Below are positions 20,400 to 30,847 of a stretch of DNA of 64,000 bases, piece after piece. The first letter of the stretch is position 1. Each line of letters opens with the position of its first letter. The position numbers were made by a program, and so were the translations under genes. The notes beneath the pieces are model-generated. The model was given only the letters and a program-made list of their open reading frames with translations. It searched no databases and was not told where the DNA came from. Origin of the DNA: an uncultured Bacilli bacterium (GTDB lineage: Bacteria; Bacillota_I; Bacilli_A; RF39; UBA660); the NCBI GenBank assembly GCA_947629025.1, contig CANRCC010000005.1, positions 3,288-67,287 on the forward strand. The letters are read 5' to 3'.

Positions 20400-21749
20400 T
20401 TATCTATTACAAACTTTTTGAAAATTATTTTTAAGTAGGTTATTTAACTCAACTGCATACTCTAGTGGTAACTCTTCTCTAAATGCTTCTATAAATCCAA
20501 TTATTGATAATTCTATTGCTTTTTCTTCATCTAATCCTCTACTCATAAGATAGAATAAATTTTCTTCATTTAACTTTGACACAGTTGCTTCATGTTCTAT
20601 AGTTGATGAATCATTTTTACATATATTAGTTGGTACTGTATCACTCTTTGAATCTTTATCTAATATTATCGTATCGCATTTTACGGTTGATGTAGAATTT
20701 AATGCACTTTTTTCTATACTAACTATTCCTCTATATGTTGCATTACCACCATTTCTTGCAATTGACTTTGCTATTATAGAACTATGAGTATTTTTACCTA
20801 AATGTATCATTTTTGCACCAGTATCTTGTATTTGGTTATTATCTGCCATAGCAATTGATATACAATTACCTGTAGAATTATCACCTTTTAATATACAAGA
20901 TGGATATTTCATATTTACTTTTGAACCTATATTACCATCAATCCACTCCATAAGACCACCATCTTCAACAAGTGCTCTTTTAGTTACAAGATTGTAAACA
21001 TTAGAAGACCAATTTTGAATAGTAGTATATCTGCATTTAGCATTTTTTGAAACAAAAATTTCAACTACTGCTGCATGAAGTGAATCAGTAGTATATGTAA
21101 GAGCAGTACATCCCTCTATATAATGAAGTTCAGAATATTCATCTACTATTATAAGTGTTCTTTCAAATTGACCCATATCTTTAGTATTTATCCTAAAATA
21201 ACTTTGCAAAGGTCTATCTAGTTTAGTATGAGGCGGAATATATATAAATGTTCCTCCACTCCAAACTGCTCCATTAAGTGCAGTAAATTTATTTTCATCT
21301 GATTTTACAAGTGTACCAAAGTACTTTTTAAATAAATCAGGATATTTTTTTAAAGCAGTATCTGTATCTAGAAAAATAATATTTTTTTCTTCTAATTCTT
21401 TTATCATATTATGATATATTGCTTCACTATCATATTGTACTCCAAGACCATCTAAATATTCTTTTTCTTGATTAATTAACCCTATATCATCAAAAGTATT
21501 TTTTATATTAGAATCTACTTCATCCCAAGAATTTTGAATTTTGCTATCTACCTTTCTATAGTATGTAATATCATCAAAATTTATATTTATTTCAGGTCCA
21601 AATGAAGGAAGACTTTGTTTTTCAAATTCAAGATATGATTTAACTCTTAAATCTCTCATCCAATTATCTTCATTTTTCATTTTGGATATTTCTATAACCT
21701 TGTCCTTATCTAATCCTTTTTCAAATTTAATTTCCTTCATTTTCATCAT
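20400..21749 (-). CDS. sufB: Fe-S cluster assembly protein SufB
   Basis: 449 aa with conserved C-terminal beta-helix region (MEWIDGNIGSKVNMKYPSCILKGDNSTG...). Confidence 0.9.
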   Translation of the reverse strand: MMKMKEIKFEKGLDKDKVIEISKMKNEDNWMRDLRVKSYLEFEKQSLPSFGPEININFDDITYYRKVDSKIQNSWDEVDSNIKNTFDDIGLINQEKEYLDGLGVQYDSEAIYHNMIKELEEKNIIFLDTDTALKKYPDLFKKYFGTLVKSDENKFTALNGAVWSGGTFIYIPPHTKLDRPLQSYFRINTKDMGQFERTLIIVDEYSELHYIEGCTALTYTTDSLHAAVVEIFVSKNAKCRYTTIQNWSSNVYNLVTKRALVEDGGLMEWIDGNIGSKVNMKYPSCILKGDNSTGNCISIAMADNNQIQDTGAKMIHLGKNTHSSIIAKSIARNGGNATYRGIVSIEKSALNSTSTVKCDTIILDKDSKSDTVPTNICKNDSSTIEHEATVSKLNEENLFYLMSRGLDEEKAIELSIIGFIEAFREELPLEYAVELNNLLKNNFQKVCNR

Positions 21750-21751
21750 CC

Positions 21752-22183
21752 TTATTTACTTTTTTCTATTAAATCTTTTATACCTAATATTCCTAAAGTT
21801 GCACATTTTTTTCTAGCAGGTTGCTTATATATATCATCATATGCATTTAAGTCCTCTATTAAATCTTTATCATAAGGTTTTTCTTCAAGCATATTTTGAT
21901 AATTTTCTATTATATTAAGTGCTTCTTCTTTTGTTTTTCCAATTAATATACCTATAGATATAGACATTGAAGAAGTTGCTATTGCGCAAGCTTCTCCATC
22001 AAATCTTATATCTTTTATTTTTCCATCTTCCATTTTTAATTCTATATCAAAATTATCAATACAAGATGAATTATTTTTATTTTCTCTTAAGTAAGTACTA
22101 TCATTTAATAAACCTTTATTAAGTGGTTTTTCATAATTTTCTATAATTAGCGCTCTTTTAAAATTACTATCCATTTTATACAC
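21752..22183 (-). CDS. sufU: Fe-S cluster scaffold SufU
   Basis: GEACAIATSSMSISIG and C-terminal Cys; Zn-type SufU/IscU fold. Confidence 0.85.
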   Translation of the reverse strand: MYKMDSNFKRALIIENYEKPLNKGLLNDSTYLRENKNNSSCIDNFDIELKMEDGKIKDIRFDGEACAIATSSMSISIGILIGKTKEEALNIIENYQNMLEEKPYDKDLIEDLNAYDDIYKQPARKKCATLGILGIKDLIEKSK

Positions 22184-23378
22184 CTAAACTTTCTTCTAAT
22201 ATATTTTCATTTTTTAGTGCATTTATTAACTTATCAGCATCTTCTTTTGTATTATAAAAATATATACTTATTCTACATGTGTTTTTTATTCCTAGTTCAT
22301 CTTCTAATTTCTTTGCACAATGACTACCACTTCTAACACATATATTATATTTATCAAGATATATTGCTGTATCTTGTGCGAATACATCTTTTACATTAAA
22401 TGTTACTATTGAACCTTCTACATTTTCATTATACACTTTAATATGCGGAATGCTCTTTAATCCACTAATAATGTATTCTTTTAATGAATCACACGTTTCT
22501 TCTATATTATTAATACCTACATTATTAATATAATCAATTGCGGCACCTAGTCCAATAACTCCAGCTATATTCTGAGTACCTGCTTCTAATTTATATGGTA
22601 ACTCTTTATATTCAATTTCATCTTTACTAGTAAATGATATATTCATTCCTCCACCATATCTTGTTGGAATGAGTTCATTTAATAAATCATATTTACCATA
22701 AAGTACACCAACTCCAGTTGGACCAAGCATCTTATGTGCTGAAAATGCTAAAAAATCTATATCCATATCTTGCACATCTACTTTTATATGTCCAACACTT
22801 TGAGCACCATCTATGACTACTAAGATATTATTCTTATGTGCATATTCAATTATTTCTTTTATAGGTCTTACATCCCCTATTACATTTGTTACATGCGCAA
22901 TTGAAATAACCTTTGTTTTAGGTGTTATACTTTTAATAACATTATCTAGTGTTACAGTATGATTTTCAGTTAAAGGAATATAATTAATATTTATACCCAT
23001 TTCATTTGAAAGCTCGTACCAAGGTAATATATTTGATGCATGTTCACTTTTTGTTACTAAGACCTCATCATCCTTATTTAATTTATTCTTGAAATATCCA
23101 TATACTATCATATTTAATGAATCTGTTGAACCACTAGTAAAAACTATTTCATTAGAACTTTTTGCATTAATTAATTTTTTAACTTTTTCTCGAACACCTT
23201 CATAAGCATCATTTACTTTTAAACTAATTTTATAGTCTCCTCTATGAGCATTTGATGAATAATTCAAGTAATAATCATCCATTGCTTTTATAACAGATTT
23301 TGGTTTTAGGGTTGTCGCACCATTATCAAAGTACACTATATCCTTATTTAACATTGGAAAATCATCCATATAATTCAT
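22176..23378 (-). CDS. sufS: cysteine desulfurase SufS
   Basis: PLP-lysine region FLAFSAHKMLGPTGVGVLYGK and catalytic Cys near RSGSHCA. Confidence 0.9.
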   Translation of the reverse strand: MNYMDDFPMLNKDIVYFDNGATTLKPKSVIKAMDDYYLNYSSNAHRGDYKISLKVNDAYEGVREKVKKLINAKSSNEIVFTSGSTDSLNMIVYGYFKNKLNKDDEVLVTKSEHASNILPWYELSNEMGININYIPLTENHTVTLDNVIKSITPKTKVISIAHVTNVIGDVRPIKEIIEYAHKNNILVVIDGAQSVGHIKVDVQDMDIDFLAFSAHKMLGPTGVGVLYGKYDLLNELIPTRYGGGMNISFTSKDEIEYKELPYKLEAGTQNIAGVIGLGAAIDYINNVGINNIEETCDSLKEYIISGLKSIPHIKVYNENVEGSIVTFNVKDVFAQDTAIYLDKYNICVRSGSHCAKKLEDELGIKNTCRISIYFYNTKEDADKLINALKNENILEESLGV

Positions 23379-23382
23379 TTTT

Positions 23383-24111
23383 TCACCTCCAATACTTATT
23401 TATAATATCAATTAAATCTTCACTTAAAGATTCATATTTATAAAAATTTCCTAATAAAAATCCCTTTATAAGTAAATTATAACTTTCTTTCTCACTAAGA
23501 CCTCTTGATTCTAAATAGAAAATTGTATCAAAATCAAATTTACCTATATATGCACCATGGCTTGCTTCAATATCATATTCATCAATATATAAATTAGGTT
23601 GTATTTTAGAATTATTTTCATCCATTGTAATAATTTTATTATCCTGAGATAATTTACTCTTTATGCATCCTTTTTTTATATATCCATTATTTGTTACTAA
23701 TATTTTACCATTTTTATTTGTTACACCATGTACTACTGTATTACTTATTGTATTTTTATTGTTATGATATACGTTAATTTCATACTCATTTTCATATTCA
23801 GATATTGACGATATATTTAATGTAACATTACTGTTTTCACCATCAATATATATATTTATTTTACTATTAATTGATCTTGCATAATCAAATATATCAATAC
23901 AAACATTACTATTATTTAATACTTTAAAATCATATTTTATATTTATACTGTCTTTATTTATTTGAACAATATTCGTATTTGAATTATCTAAAATATTAAA
24001 TTTTGCACTTGCATTATCTTTAGGAATTATTATATATTTACTTTCATTACCCAAATTAATTTCATTTAATGAATCTTCTAGTACTATTTTATTCATTTTT
24101 AATTTCATCAC
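23383..24111 (-). CDS. sufD: Fe-S cluster assembly protein SufD (short form)
   Basis: C-terminal SufBD beta-helix motif ASHGAYIGKFDFDTIFYLESRGLSEKES; located between sufC and sufS. Confidence 0.65.
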   Translation of the reverse strand: MMKLKMNKIVLEDSLNEINLGNESKYIIIPKDNASAKFNILDNSNTNIVQINKDSINIKYDFKVLNNSNVCIDIFDYARSINSKINIYIDGENSNVTLNISSISEYENEYEINVYHNNKNTISNTVVHGVTNKNGKILVTNNGYIKKGCIKSKLSQDNKIITMDENNSKIQPNLYIDEYDIEASHGAYIGKFDFDTIFYLESRGLSEKESYNLLIKGFLLGNFYKYESLSEDLIDIINKYWR

Positions 24112-24856
24112 CTACGATACTTGCTGAACTTTTATATGAATCATATCCATCTTTTTCTACTTTAAGTGCTAAATCGTAAGTTCCACTTTCTTTTATATTT
24201 CCATCAACCATAATATGTACATAATCTGGTTTTATATATTCTAATATTCTTGGATAATGTGTAATTATCAATACTGATGAATCTTTATTCTCTTTTATAT
24301 AGTTATTAACATTTTCAGATACAATTCTTAGACTATCAACGTCTAACCCTGAATCTATTTCATCTAAAATAATTAATTTTGGTTCTAATATCTTCATTTG
24401 AAGTATTTCATTTTTCTTTTTTTCTCCACCAGAAAATCCTTTATTTATACTTCTATGGATCATATCTTTATTCATCTTAAGTTCTTCTTGTGCCTTTTCT
24501 ATCTTTTTTATAAATTCATATAAAGATATATTTTTATCTTCTCTATTATTTATAATTGTTCTTAAAAAATCTGCAGTTGTAACACCATCAATTTCACAAG
24601 GTAATTGATTTGCTAGAAAAATCCCTTTATTAGCTATTTCATTAGTGGGTAATTTTCTTATATCAACTCCATCAAAAGTAATATTACCACATACGTCATA
24701 TCTTTTATCATTTAATAGAACTTTAGATAATGTACTTTTTCCTGTTCCATTTGGGCCCATTATTGCATGAACCTCACCTTTTGATATATGTAAATTAAAG
24801 TCTTTTAATATATCCTTATTATTTATTTTTACGGACAAATTACTAATATCTAACAT
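24089..24856 (-). CDS. sufC: Fe-S cluster assembly ATPase SufC
   Basis: Walker A GPNGTGKSTL, ABC signature FSGGEKKKNEILQM and Walker B ILDEIDSGLD. Confidence 0.9.
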   Translation of the reverse strand: MLDISNLSVKINNKDILKDFNLHISKGEVHAIMGPNGTGKSTLSKVLLNDKRYDVCGNITFDGVDIRKLPTNEIANKGIFLANQLPCEIDGVTTADFLRTIINNREDKNISLYEFIKKIEKAQEELKMNKDMIHRSINKGFSGGEKKKNEILQMKILEPKLIILDEIDSGLDVDSLRIVSENVNNYIKENKDSSVLIITHYPRILEYIKPDYVHIMVDGNIKESGTYDLALKVEKDGYDSYKSSASIVGDEIKNE

Positions 24857-24963
24857 AATATCACCCCAAACATTAATATTTTACCATAAAATTATATATT
24901 TTTTTGCAATATTTTGTTAAAATTATATTAGAAAGGTGATAAAATATGGAGGGTGATTAAAAT

Positions 24964-25329
24964 ATGGATTGTATTTTTTGTAAAATTGTAAATGGAGACA
25001 TTCCATCATATACAATATATGAAGATGATATAGTAAAAGTCTTTCTAGATATAGAACCTATGTCTCCAGGTCATACACTTATAATACCCAAAAAACATTA
25101 TAATAATTTAGAAGATATTGATATGGATACATTAAATCATATAAATAAAATTGCAAAAGAAATATATACTCTTTTAAAAGAAAAACTTAATATTGATGGA
25201 ATGAGTATAGTTCAAAATAATGGTTGTGTACAAGACGTATTACATTATCATATGCATATTAAACCTTATTATAATGAAAATAAAGGAATGAGTGTTGAAG
25301 AGGTATTTAATATATTAAAAAATGAATAA
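24964..25329 (+). CDS. HIT-family (histidine triad) nucleotide hydrolase
   Basis: HYHMHIKP histidine triad; CIFCKI N-terminus. Confidence 0.85.
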   Translation: MDCIFCKIVNGDIPSYTIYEDDIVKVFLDIEPMSPGHTLIIPKKHYNNLEDIDMDTLNHINKIAKEIYTLLKEKLNIDGMSIVQNNGCVQDVLHYHMHIKPYYNENKGMSVEEVFNILKNE

Positions 25330-25330
25330 A

Positions 25331-25357
25331 AGTACAGAAATTCTGTACTTTTTTTAT
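25331..25357. terminator. bidirectional rho-independent terminator between convergent hit and the 25354-25779 gene
   Basis: Inverted repeat agtacag/ctgtact with a short loop, flanked by A-run and T-run. Confidence 0.5.
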
Positions 25358-25779
25358 AATGTTCTATAAGTTATATAATTTGATATTGAGTTTTCTTTTG
25401 CTTCTGATTCTGTATATGAACCTAACTCATTTAATACACCTTGTATATCTTTATCATCTTCTATAACAAAATCTTTAATATCTAAAAGTCTTCTCATACT
25501 TTTTAATAAGATTTCTAAATCATATTTTATAGCTTTTTTTCTATAAAAATGACGATTAGATACCTCTCTACTAATATATTCTAAAGTATTAAGTTTTCTT
25601 TTTAATAATTCGTACTTTTTATTAACTGATAAAGCTGTAGAGAAACCTTTTAAATTATTTTTTTCATCTCTTACCTCAATTAGAAGCTCTAAATCTCCAT
25701 TATTTACTTTATCAATAAATTCACTAGATTCCTTTTCATCCATCATTTTTACATTAAATGGTAATTGTAATTTTTCCAC
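25354..25779 (-). CDS. hypothetical protein
   Basis: 141-aa ORF with no recognisable motif. Confidence 0.3.
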   Translation of the reverse strand: MEKLQLPFNVKMMDEKESSEFIDKVNNGDLELLIEVRDEKNNLKGFSTALSVNKKYELLKRKLNTLEYISREVSNRHFYRKKAIKYDLEILLKSMRRLLDIKDFVIEDDKDIQGVLNELGSYTESEAKENSISNYITYRTL

Positions 25780-25865
25780 TTAAATTCCCCCTTTTTACGG
25801 GATAGTATGATACCACATTTTGTATTATTTGTCAAAAAAATGAAAAAAAGTTCTAATTGAACTTT

Positions 25866-25991
25866 TTAACAAACAAATGCACTTAGTATGATAGCTAATA
25901 GTATATAAAGAACTATTATTGTAACATATCCACAACCACGATTACGAGTTGGTGTACAATTTGTTTGAGAACATGAATTTGTACAGCTCAT
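25866..25991 (-). CDS. small Cys-rich membrane peptide with YjcZ-like (sporulation) hydrophobic tail; not in the ORF track
   Basis: Hand translation gives MSCTNSCSQTNCTPTRNRGCGYVTIIVLYILLAIILSAFVC (41 aa). GGAGG RBS 9 nt upstream. The tail resembles the YjcZ family (GGGFALIVVLFILLIIVG). Confidence 0.45.
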   Translation of the reverse strand: MSCTNSCSQTNCTPTRNRGCGYVTIIVLYILLAIILSAFVC

Positions 25992-26029
25992 TAAAGTTTA
26001 CCTCCTTAATTTAATAAATTTAGATGTAT

Positions 26030-26103
26030 GCACCTATTAATATAACTAATAGTATGAATAGTACTAGTATTATACCAGCACCTGTTCCATATGTATTTCC
26101 CAT
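26030..26103 (-). CDS. YjcZ-family small sporulation membrane peptide; not in the ORF track
   Basis: MGNTYGTGAGIILVLFILLVILIGAYI (27 aa). GGAGG RBS 7 nt upstream. Classic YjcZ pattern: Gly-rich N-terminus then LVLFILLVI. Confidence 0.5.
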
Positions 26104-26238
26104 TTTCATTCCTCCTTTTTTTCTATTCACATTATTTTATGGTAAAACTGCTAATAATGTGATTATATTTTTAAAAATATTGTTTTTATTTTATAATTTT
26201 GTTATTATATATATGTACATTATTAAGGAGGATAGAAG

Positions 26239-27225
26239 ATGAAGAAAAAAATAATGTTAATAAGTGCTATTATAGTTACAGTACTATTAATTAGCGGATG
26301 CGGAAATGCAAAATTAAAAAATGGAGAAGAAGTTGTTTTTACTGTCAATGGTAAAAATGTAACTGCAGATTCATTTTATAAGAATTTAAGGGATAAATAT
26401 GGCAAAGCAATCATGATTGATATGATTGATAAAAAGATACTAGATGTAGTTTATAAAGATGATTCTGAAATAGAAACACAAGCAAATAACCAATTAGAAA
26501 GTGTAAAAGCACAATATAAAGATAATTGGGAAGAAACATTAAGTGGTGCTGGATATAGTAATGAAAAAGAATTACTTGAAGAATTTAAACTTACATATCA
26601 AAGAAATAAAGCTATTGAAGATTATATTAAAGAATCTATAAAAGATGATGAAATTAAAAATTATTATAATGAAAATACTGTTGGAGATATAAGTGCAAAA
26701 CATATATTAATATCAGTTAAAACAGATGATAGTGAAGAAGGATTATCTGATGAAGATGCTAAGAAAAAAGCAGAAGAACTTATAAAGAAACTAGATGAGG
26801 GAGCTGATTTTGATACTTTAGCAAAAGAAAATTCAACTGATACTGGATCTGCAGAAAATGGTGGAGATCTAGGATATTTTAATAAAGGTGATATGGTAGA
26901 AGAATTTGAAGATGCTGCTTATAAACTAAAAGTTAATGAATATACAAAAGAACCAGTAAAAACTACATATGGTTATCATATAATATTAAAAACTGGTGAA
27001 AAAGATAAACCTAAATTAGAGGCAGTAAAAGAAAATATTATTGAATCACTTAAAGAAGAAAAATTAAAAGAAAATCCAACATTAGAAGTTAAAGCTCTTG
27101 AAGAATTAAGAAAATCATATAATTTAAAATTCAAAGATGCAAAAGCAAAAAAACTATATAATGAATACTTAGAAGCTGCTAGAAAATCTGCTATTGAAAG
27201 TGCAAATACTAGTAGTTCAAATTAA
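26239..27225 (+). CDS. prsA: foldase PrsA (lipoprotein parvulin-type peptidyl-prolyl isomerase)
   Basis: Lipobox LLISGCGN. PpiC domain ISAKHILI...GGDLGYFNKGDMVEEFEDAAYKL...GYHIILKT. AAGGAGG RBS. Confidence 0.85.
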   Translation: MKKKIMLISAIIVTVLLISGCGNAKLKNGEEVVFTVNGKNVTADSFYKNLRDKYGKAIMIDMIDKKILDVVYKDDSEIETQANNQLESVKAQYKDNWEETLSGAGYSNEKELLEEFKLTYQRNKAIEDYIKESIKDDEIKNYYNENTVGDISAKHILISVKTDDSEEGLSDEDAKKKAEELIKKLDEGADFDTLAKENSTDTGSAENGGDLGYFNKGDMVEEFEDAAYKLKVNEYTKEPVKTTYGYHIILKTGEKDKPKLEAVKENIIESLKEEKLKENPTLEVKALEELRKSYNLKFKDAKAKKLYNEYLEAARKSAIESANTSSSN

Positions 27226-27227
27226 AA

Positions 27228-27259
27228 ACACAGAAATGTGTTTTTTTACATTTCTGTGT
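27228..27259. terminator. bidirectional rho-independent terminator between convergent prsA and recX
   Basis: Perfect 12-bp stem acacagaaatgt/acatttctgtgt with an 8-nt U-rich loop, flanked by A-run and T-run. Confidence 0.7.
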
Positions 27260-27992
27260 AATTAAATCCTTTTTGATAAAGTTTTTGTTTTATTACGCTA
27301 TCTAATTTAGCACCTGTATACTTTTTAGAATATTTATTATATAGTTTTGTATATTCTTCATTAATATCATTATTACTATTAAAATCTTTTTCTTCAATTA
27401 CAGCATTTATATCAGATAATTCATACCCTTTTTCACTAAAATAACTAATAATTTTCTTTTTTAATATTGCTCCACTATAATTACTTTTAATAGATAACTT
27501 TTTATCTATTAATTTTGATAATTTATCTAATATATAATCTTTATCGATTTCATCTAATTGCATATCTATATCTTTTTCATTAAATCCAAGACTTATAAGT
27601 TCTTTTTTTATTTTTATAGGACCTATATTACTTATATTTAACTTATCATTTATGTAAGACTTTATATATAATTTTTGATTTAAATATCCCTCTTTTTTAA
27701 GTCTTTTTATTACATTTTCAATTAATTCACTATTAATTTGTTTCTTCTTTAAAAAATCAATTATTTCACTTTCACATCTCAATTTTATTTTTATATATTT
27801 TAAAGCAATATCATATGCCATATAATTATTATTATCTTCTTTTATCTGATTTAATAAAGTATCATCAACTACTTTATTTGCTAATAAATTATATTTTAAT
27901 ATTATATCTTCATATAATACTATAGATGATGAATCAGAAAAAAATACTTTATATTTTGAACCTGACATCTTTTTAAACTTTATTATTTGCAT
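27246..27992 (-). CDS. recX: RecA regulator RecX
   Basis: 248 aa with repeated three-helix modules; aligns along its length with B. subtilis RecX (YfhG), e.g. IKRLKKEGYLNQKLYIKSYINDKL vs LNRLEQEKFLDDYLFAKMWVENRM. Confidence 0.75.
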   Translation of the reverse strand: MQIIKFKKMSGSKYKVFFSDSSSIVLYEDIILKYNLLANKVVDDTLLNQIKEDNNNYMAYDIALKYIKIKLRCESEIIDFLKKKQINSELIENVIKRLKKEGYLNQKLYIKSYINDKLNISNIGPIKIKKELISLGFNEKDIDMQLDEIDKDYILDKLSKLIDKKLSIKSNYSGAILKKKIISYFSEKGYELSDINAVIEEKDFNSNNDINEEYTKLYNKYSKKYTGAKLDSVIKQKLYQKGFNYTEM

Positions 27993-28056
27993 TTTTATCC
28001 CCTCATTAAAATATTATCATACGAAAATATGTTCGTCAATATAAAAATAAAAAAAC

Positions 28057-28251
28057 TTAATTTTTTTCTTTTACATGAATTAAGTTTTCAGAAATTTCTT
28101 CTAATGCTTTACCTATATCTTTAGACGATTTATATTCATTTAGTTGATAATGTTTTGTTTCTTTCATTTGATGTGCTCTTTTAGCAACTACATAAACAAG
28201 TTCATACTTCGAATTAATGATATTTAATATTTTATCAATAGAGGTATTCAT
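28057..28251 (-). CDS. rpoZ: DNA-directed RNA polymerase subunit omega
   Basis: SIDKILNIINSKYELVYVVAKRAHQM matches the omega consensus (SIDSLL..SKYxLVxxAAxRARQL). Confidence 0.8.
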   Translation of the reverse strand: MNTSIDKILNIINSKYELVYVVAKRAHQMKETKHYQLNEYKSSKDIGKALEEISENLIHVKEKN

Positions 28252-28336
28252 ACTATATCACACTCCCCAATTTAATAATATATTAATATCAAAAATAAAT
28301 CAATAAAATGTCAATTTTTTGACATTATTTTACATT

Positions 28337-29107
28337 TTATGCTATTCTCTTTGAATTTTCGTCAGTCACTTTCTTTTCTTTTAACATAGAAATCACTTCA
28401 TCATATTTTTTTCTATTTTCTATACTATTTTCTTTTGTATATTCATCTATATTTTTCATAAAATCTTTTGCTTTTTCTTCATCATCTAGACAGCTACATA
28501 TTTTTTGATAAAAAGATATACCATCTGCATTTATAAAATAGTTTAATAAATCAATATCTAAAACAAAAGAATTAATATCTATTAACAAACAATCTTCTAA
28601 AGTACAAGGATCATCTGCCTTATCAACATAAAAATCTGATATTTCTTCTTGATCTATTACCTCACCAGTAAGCAAACCTACTAATGTATGTTTTAGCTTA
28701 TCATTTATCTTATATCCATAAGTAGCATTTTTTTCATCAGTATATACTAGTCCATCACTATATCTTGATGTTTCAACATCAAATCTTCTAGAAATTATAC
28801 TTAAAATTGAAAAACAATAATCATATAATCTTCTGTTTTCGTCTTTTACATACTTTTTATTATTAATTATTGTATTACTTTCAGAGTCATAACAATAAGC
28901 AAATTCAGTTAAACCTGAGTCATAATTATTAACTACTTTTAAATCAGATAATAACTGTGAACAATTATCAATTGGAACATCTACACCAAATCTATTAAAT
29001 AAATTAATAAATTGATTTATAACTAATTTTATACTTTCTTTATCATAAATTGATATTCCCTTATTATTATCTATTGTATTGCTAAAGAAATTATTGATAT
29101 TTTCCAT
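28337..29107 (-). CDS. hypothetical protein
   Basis: 256-aa ORF with no recognisable motif. Confidence 0.3.
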   Translation of the reverse strand: MENINNFFSNTIDNNKGISIYDKESIKLVINQFINLFNRFGVDVPIDNCSQLLSDLKVVNNYDSGLTEFAYCYDSESNTIINNKKYVKDENRRLYDYCFSILSIISRRFDVETSRYSDGLVYTDEKNATYGYKINDKLKHTLVGLLTGEVIDQEEISDFYVDKADDPCTLEDCLLIDINSFVLDIDLLNYFINADGISFYQKICSCLDDEEKAKDFMKNIDEYTKENSIENRKKYDEVISMLKEKKVTDENSKRIA

Positions 29108-29175
29108 ACAATCTCTCCTATATTATTCATTAATATTATTATACCATAAAATGAAAAAATTCCATATGGAATTTT

Positions 29176-29454
29176 TTAGAATTTATTGCAACAACTATCA
29201 TCTATATTTGTGCATATATTTTCCTCAGAACAGCTATATTCTGGCATATAAGTATGTTTATATATGTGATTATTAACTATTTTTGTATGAATTGGACAAA
29301 TATGTACTACTTCATGAACAATATCTTTTTGAACACATTTTTCAATTGGAGCTTCATACACTGGATCTGCACAACATTTTTCTTCACTAATTGTTGGACA
29401 ACAAACATTATTATTTTGAGAATACATGTTGTTTCCCATAAAATTGTTAAACAT
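29176..29454 (-). CDS. cotD: spore coat protein CotD-like (Cys/His-rich)
   Basis: CCP...HEVVHICPIHTKIVNNHIYKHTYMPEYS resembles the CotD family pattern (PVHT..VNHH..H.Y.P). Terminal CC motifs. Confidence 0.55.
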   Translation of the reverse strand: MFNNFMGNNMYSQNNNVCCPTISEEKCCADPVYEAPIEKCVQKDIVHEVVHICPIHTKIVNNHIYKHTYMPEYSCSEENICTNIDDSCCNKF

Positions 29455-29528
29455 TATTAAAATCCCCCTTATCTACTATTAGAATATGAGAATTTTATAA
29501 TTTGGAATATGCTTTTGACACATATATA

Positions 29529-30836
29529 TTAAAATGGCATTTTGAATGAACCATTACTAAACATTTTCATCATTTTTTTACTTTGTTCAAATTGGGTAAG
29601 TAATCTATTTACTTCTTGTACAGTAGTTCCTGATCCTTTAGCAATTCTTGTCTTTCTACTTGCTTTTATTATTTCTGGATTTCTTCTTTCTTTTATAGTC
29701 ATTGATAAAATTATAGCTTCCACTTTAGAAATTTCTTTTGGATCTATATTAATATTATTAAGACCCATCTTTTTAGCACCTGGTATTAATTTTAATAAAC
29801 TTTCAATAGAACCCATCTTCTTTATTTGTTTAAATTGAGTCAAGAAATCTTCTAAATCAAATTTACCCTTTTTCATTTTCTTATAAGTTTTTTCTGCTTC
29901 TTCTTCATCAATTACAGATTCTACTTTTTCAACTAAAGATAAAATATCTCCCATTCCAAGAATTCTATCTACCATTCTTTTTGGATCAAATTCTTCTAAT
30001 CCATCTAATTTTTCACTAACACCTATAAATTTAATTGGAACGTTTGTTAAATGTCTAGCAGATAATGCTACACCACCTCTTGTATCACCATCTAATTTAG
30101 TTAATATTGTTCCTGTAAGTGGCAATTTTTCATTAAACCCTTGTATAACATTTATAGCATCTTGACCTATCATACTATCTAAAACTAAAAGTATTTCATC
30201 AGGATTAAATTCATCTTTTAGATTTTCTAATTCTGTCATTAACTCTTCATCTATATGAAGTCTACCAGCAGTATCAATTAATATATAATCTAAATTATTA
30301 TCTTTTGCATAATCAATTGCATTACGAACTATATCATTAGGTTTTTTATTTTCTTCAGCATATACAGGTATATTTAAACTTTTACCTATTGTCTTAAGTT
30401 GTTCAATAGCAGCAGGTCTATAAATATCACAAGCAACAAAAAGTGGTTTTTTATTATATTTTTTTCTAAGTAAATTACCAAGTTTACCAATTGTTGTTGT
30501 TTTACCTGATCCTTGAAGTCCAACTAGCATTAAAATTGTAGGTGTTTTTTTTGTTTCTATTTCAACTTTATCAGTACCAAGTAATTCTAATAGTTCATCT
30601 TTTAATATCTTTAAAAATACTTCACTAGGTTTTAAACTTTTTCTAACTTCTTCTCCAAGAGCCTTTTCTTTTACTTTATTAGTAAATTCTTTAACAACTT
30701 GATAATTTACATCTGCTTCTAATAAAGCAAGTCTAACATCTCTTAATACATCGCTTATATTATCTTCAGTTATTGTACCATAACCTTTTATCTTATGCAT
30801 TGCGGCATCTAGTCTATCACCCAAATTTTCAAACAT
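29529..30836 (-). CDS. ffh: signal recognition particle protein Ffh
   Basis: N, G and M domains: GLQGSGKTTTIGKL, DTAGRL and the Met-rich M domain KGKFDLEDFLTQ...MMKMF. Confidence 0.95.
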   Translation of the reverse strand: MFENLGDRLDAAMHKIKGYGTITEDNISDVLRDVRLALLEADVNYQVVKEFTNKVKEKALGEEVRKSLKPSEVFLKILKDELLELLGTDKVEIETKKTPTILMLVGLQGSGKTTTIGKLGNLLRKKYNKKPLFVACDIYRPAAIEQLKTIGKSLNIPVYAEENKKPNDIVRNAIDYAKDNNLDYILIDTAGRLHIDEELMTELENLKDEFNPDEILLVLDSMIGQDAINVIQGFNEKLPLTGTILTKLDGDTRGGVALSARHLTNVPIKFIGVSEKLDGLEEFDPKRMVDRILGMGDILSLVEKVESVIDEEEAEKTYKKMKKGKFDLEDFLTQFKQIKKMGSIESLLKLIPGAKKMGLNNINIDPKEISKVEAIILSMTIKERRNPEIIKASRKTRIAKGSGTTVQEVNRLLTQFEQSKKMMKMFSNGSFKMPF

Positions 30837-30847
30837 ATAATCATCTC

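Noticed and set aside
26024-26242. 72-aa plus-strand ORF
   Set aside because: Overlaps the well-supported minus-strand YjcZ-like micro-ORF (good RBS) and runs into the prsA RBS. Probably spurious.
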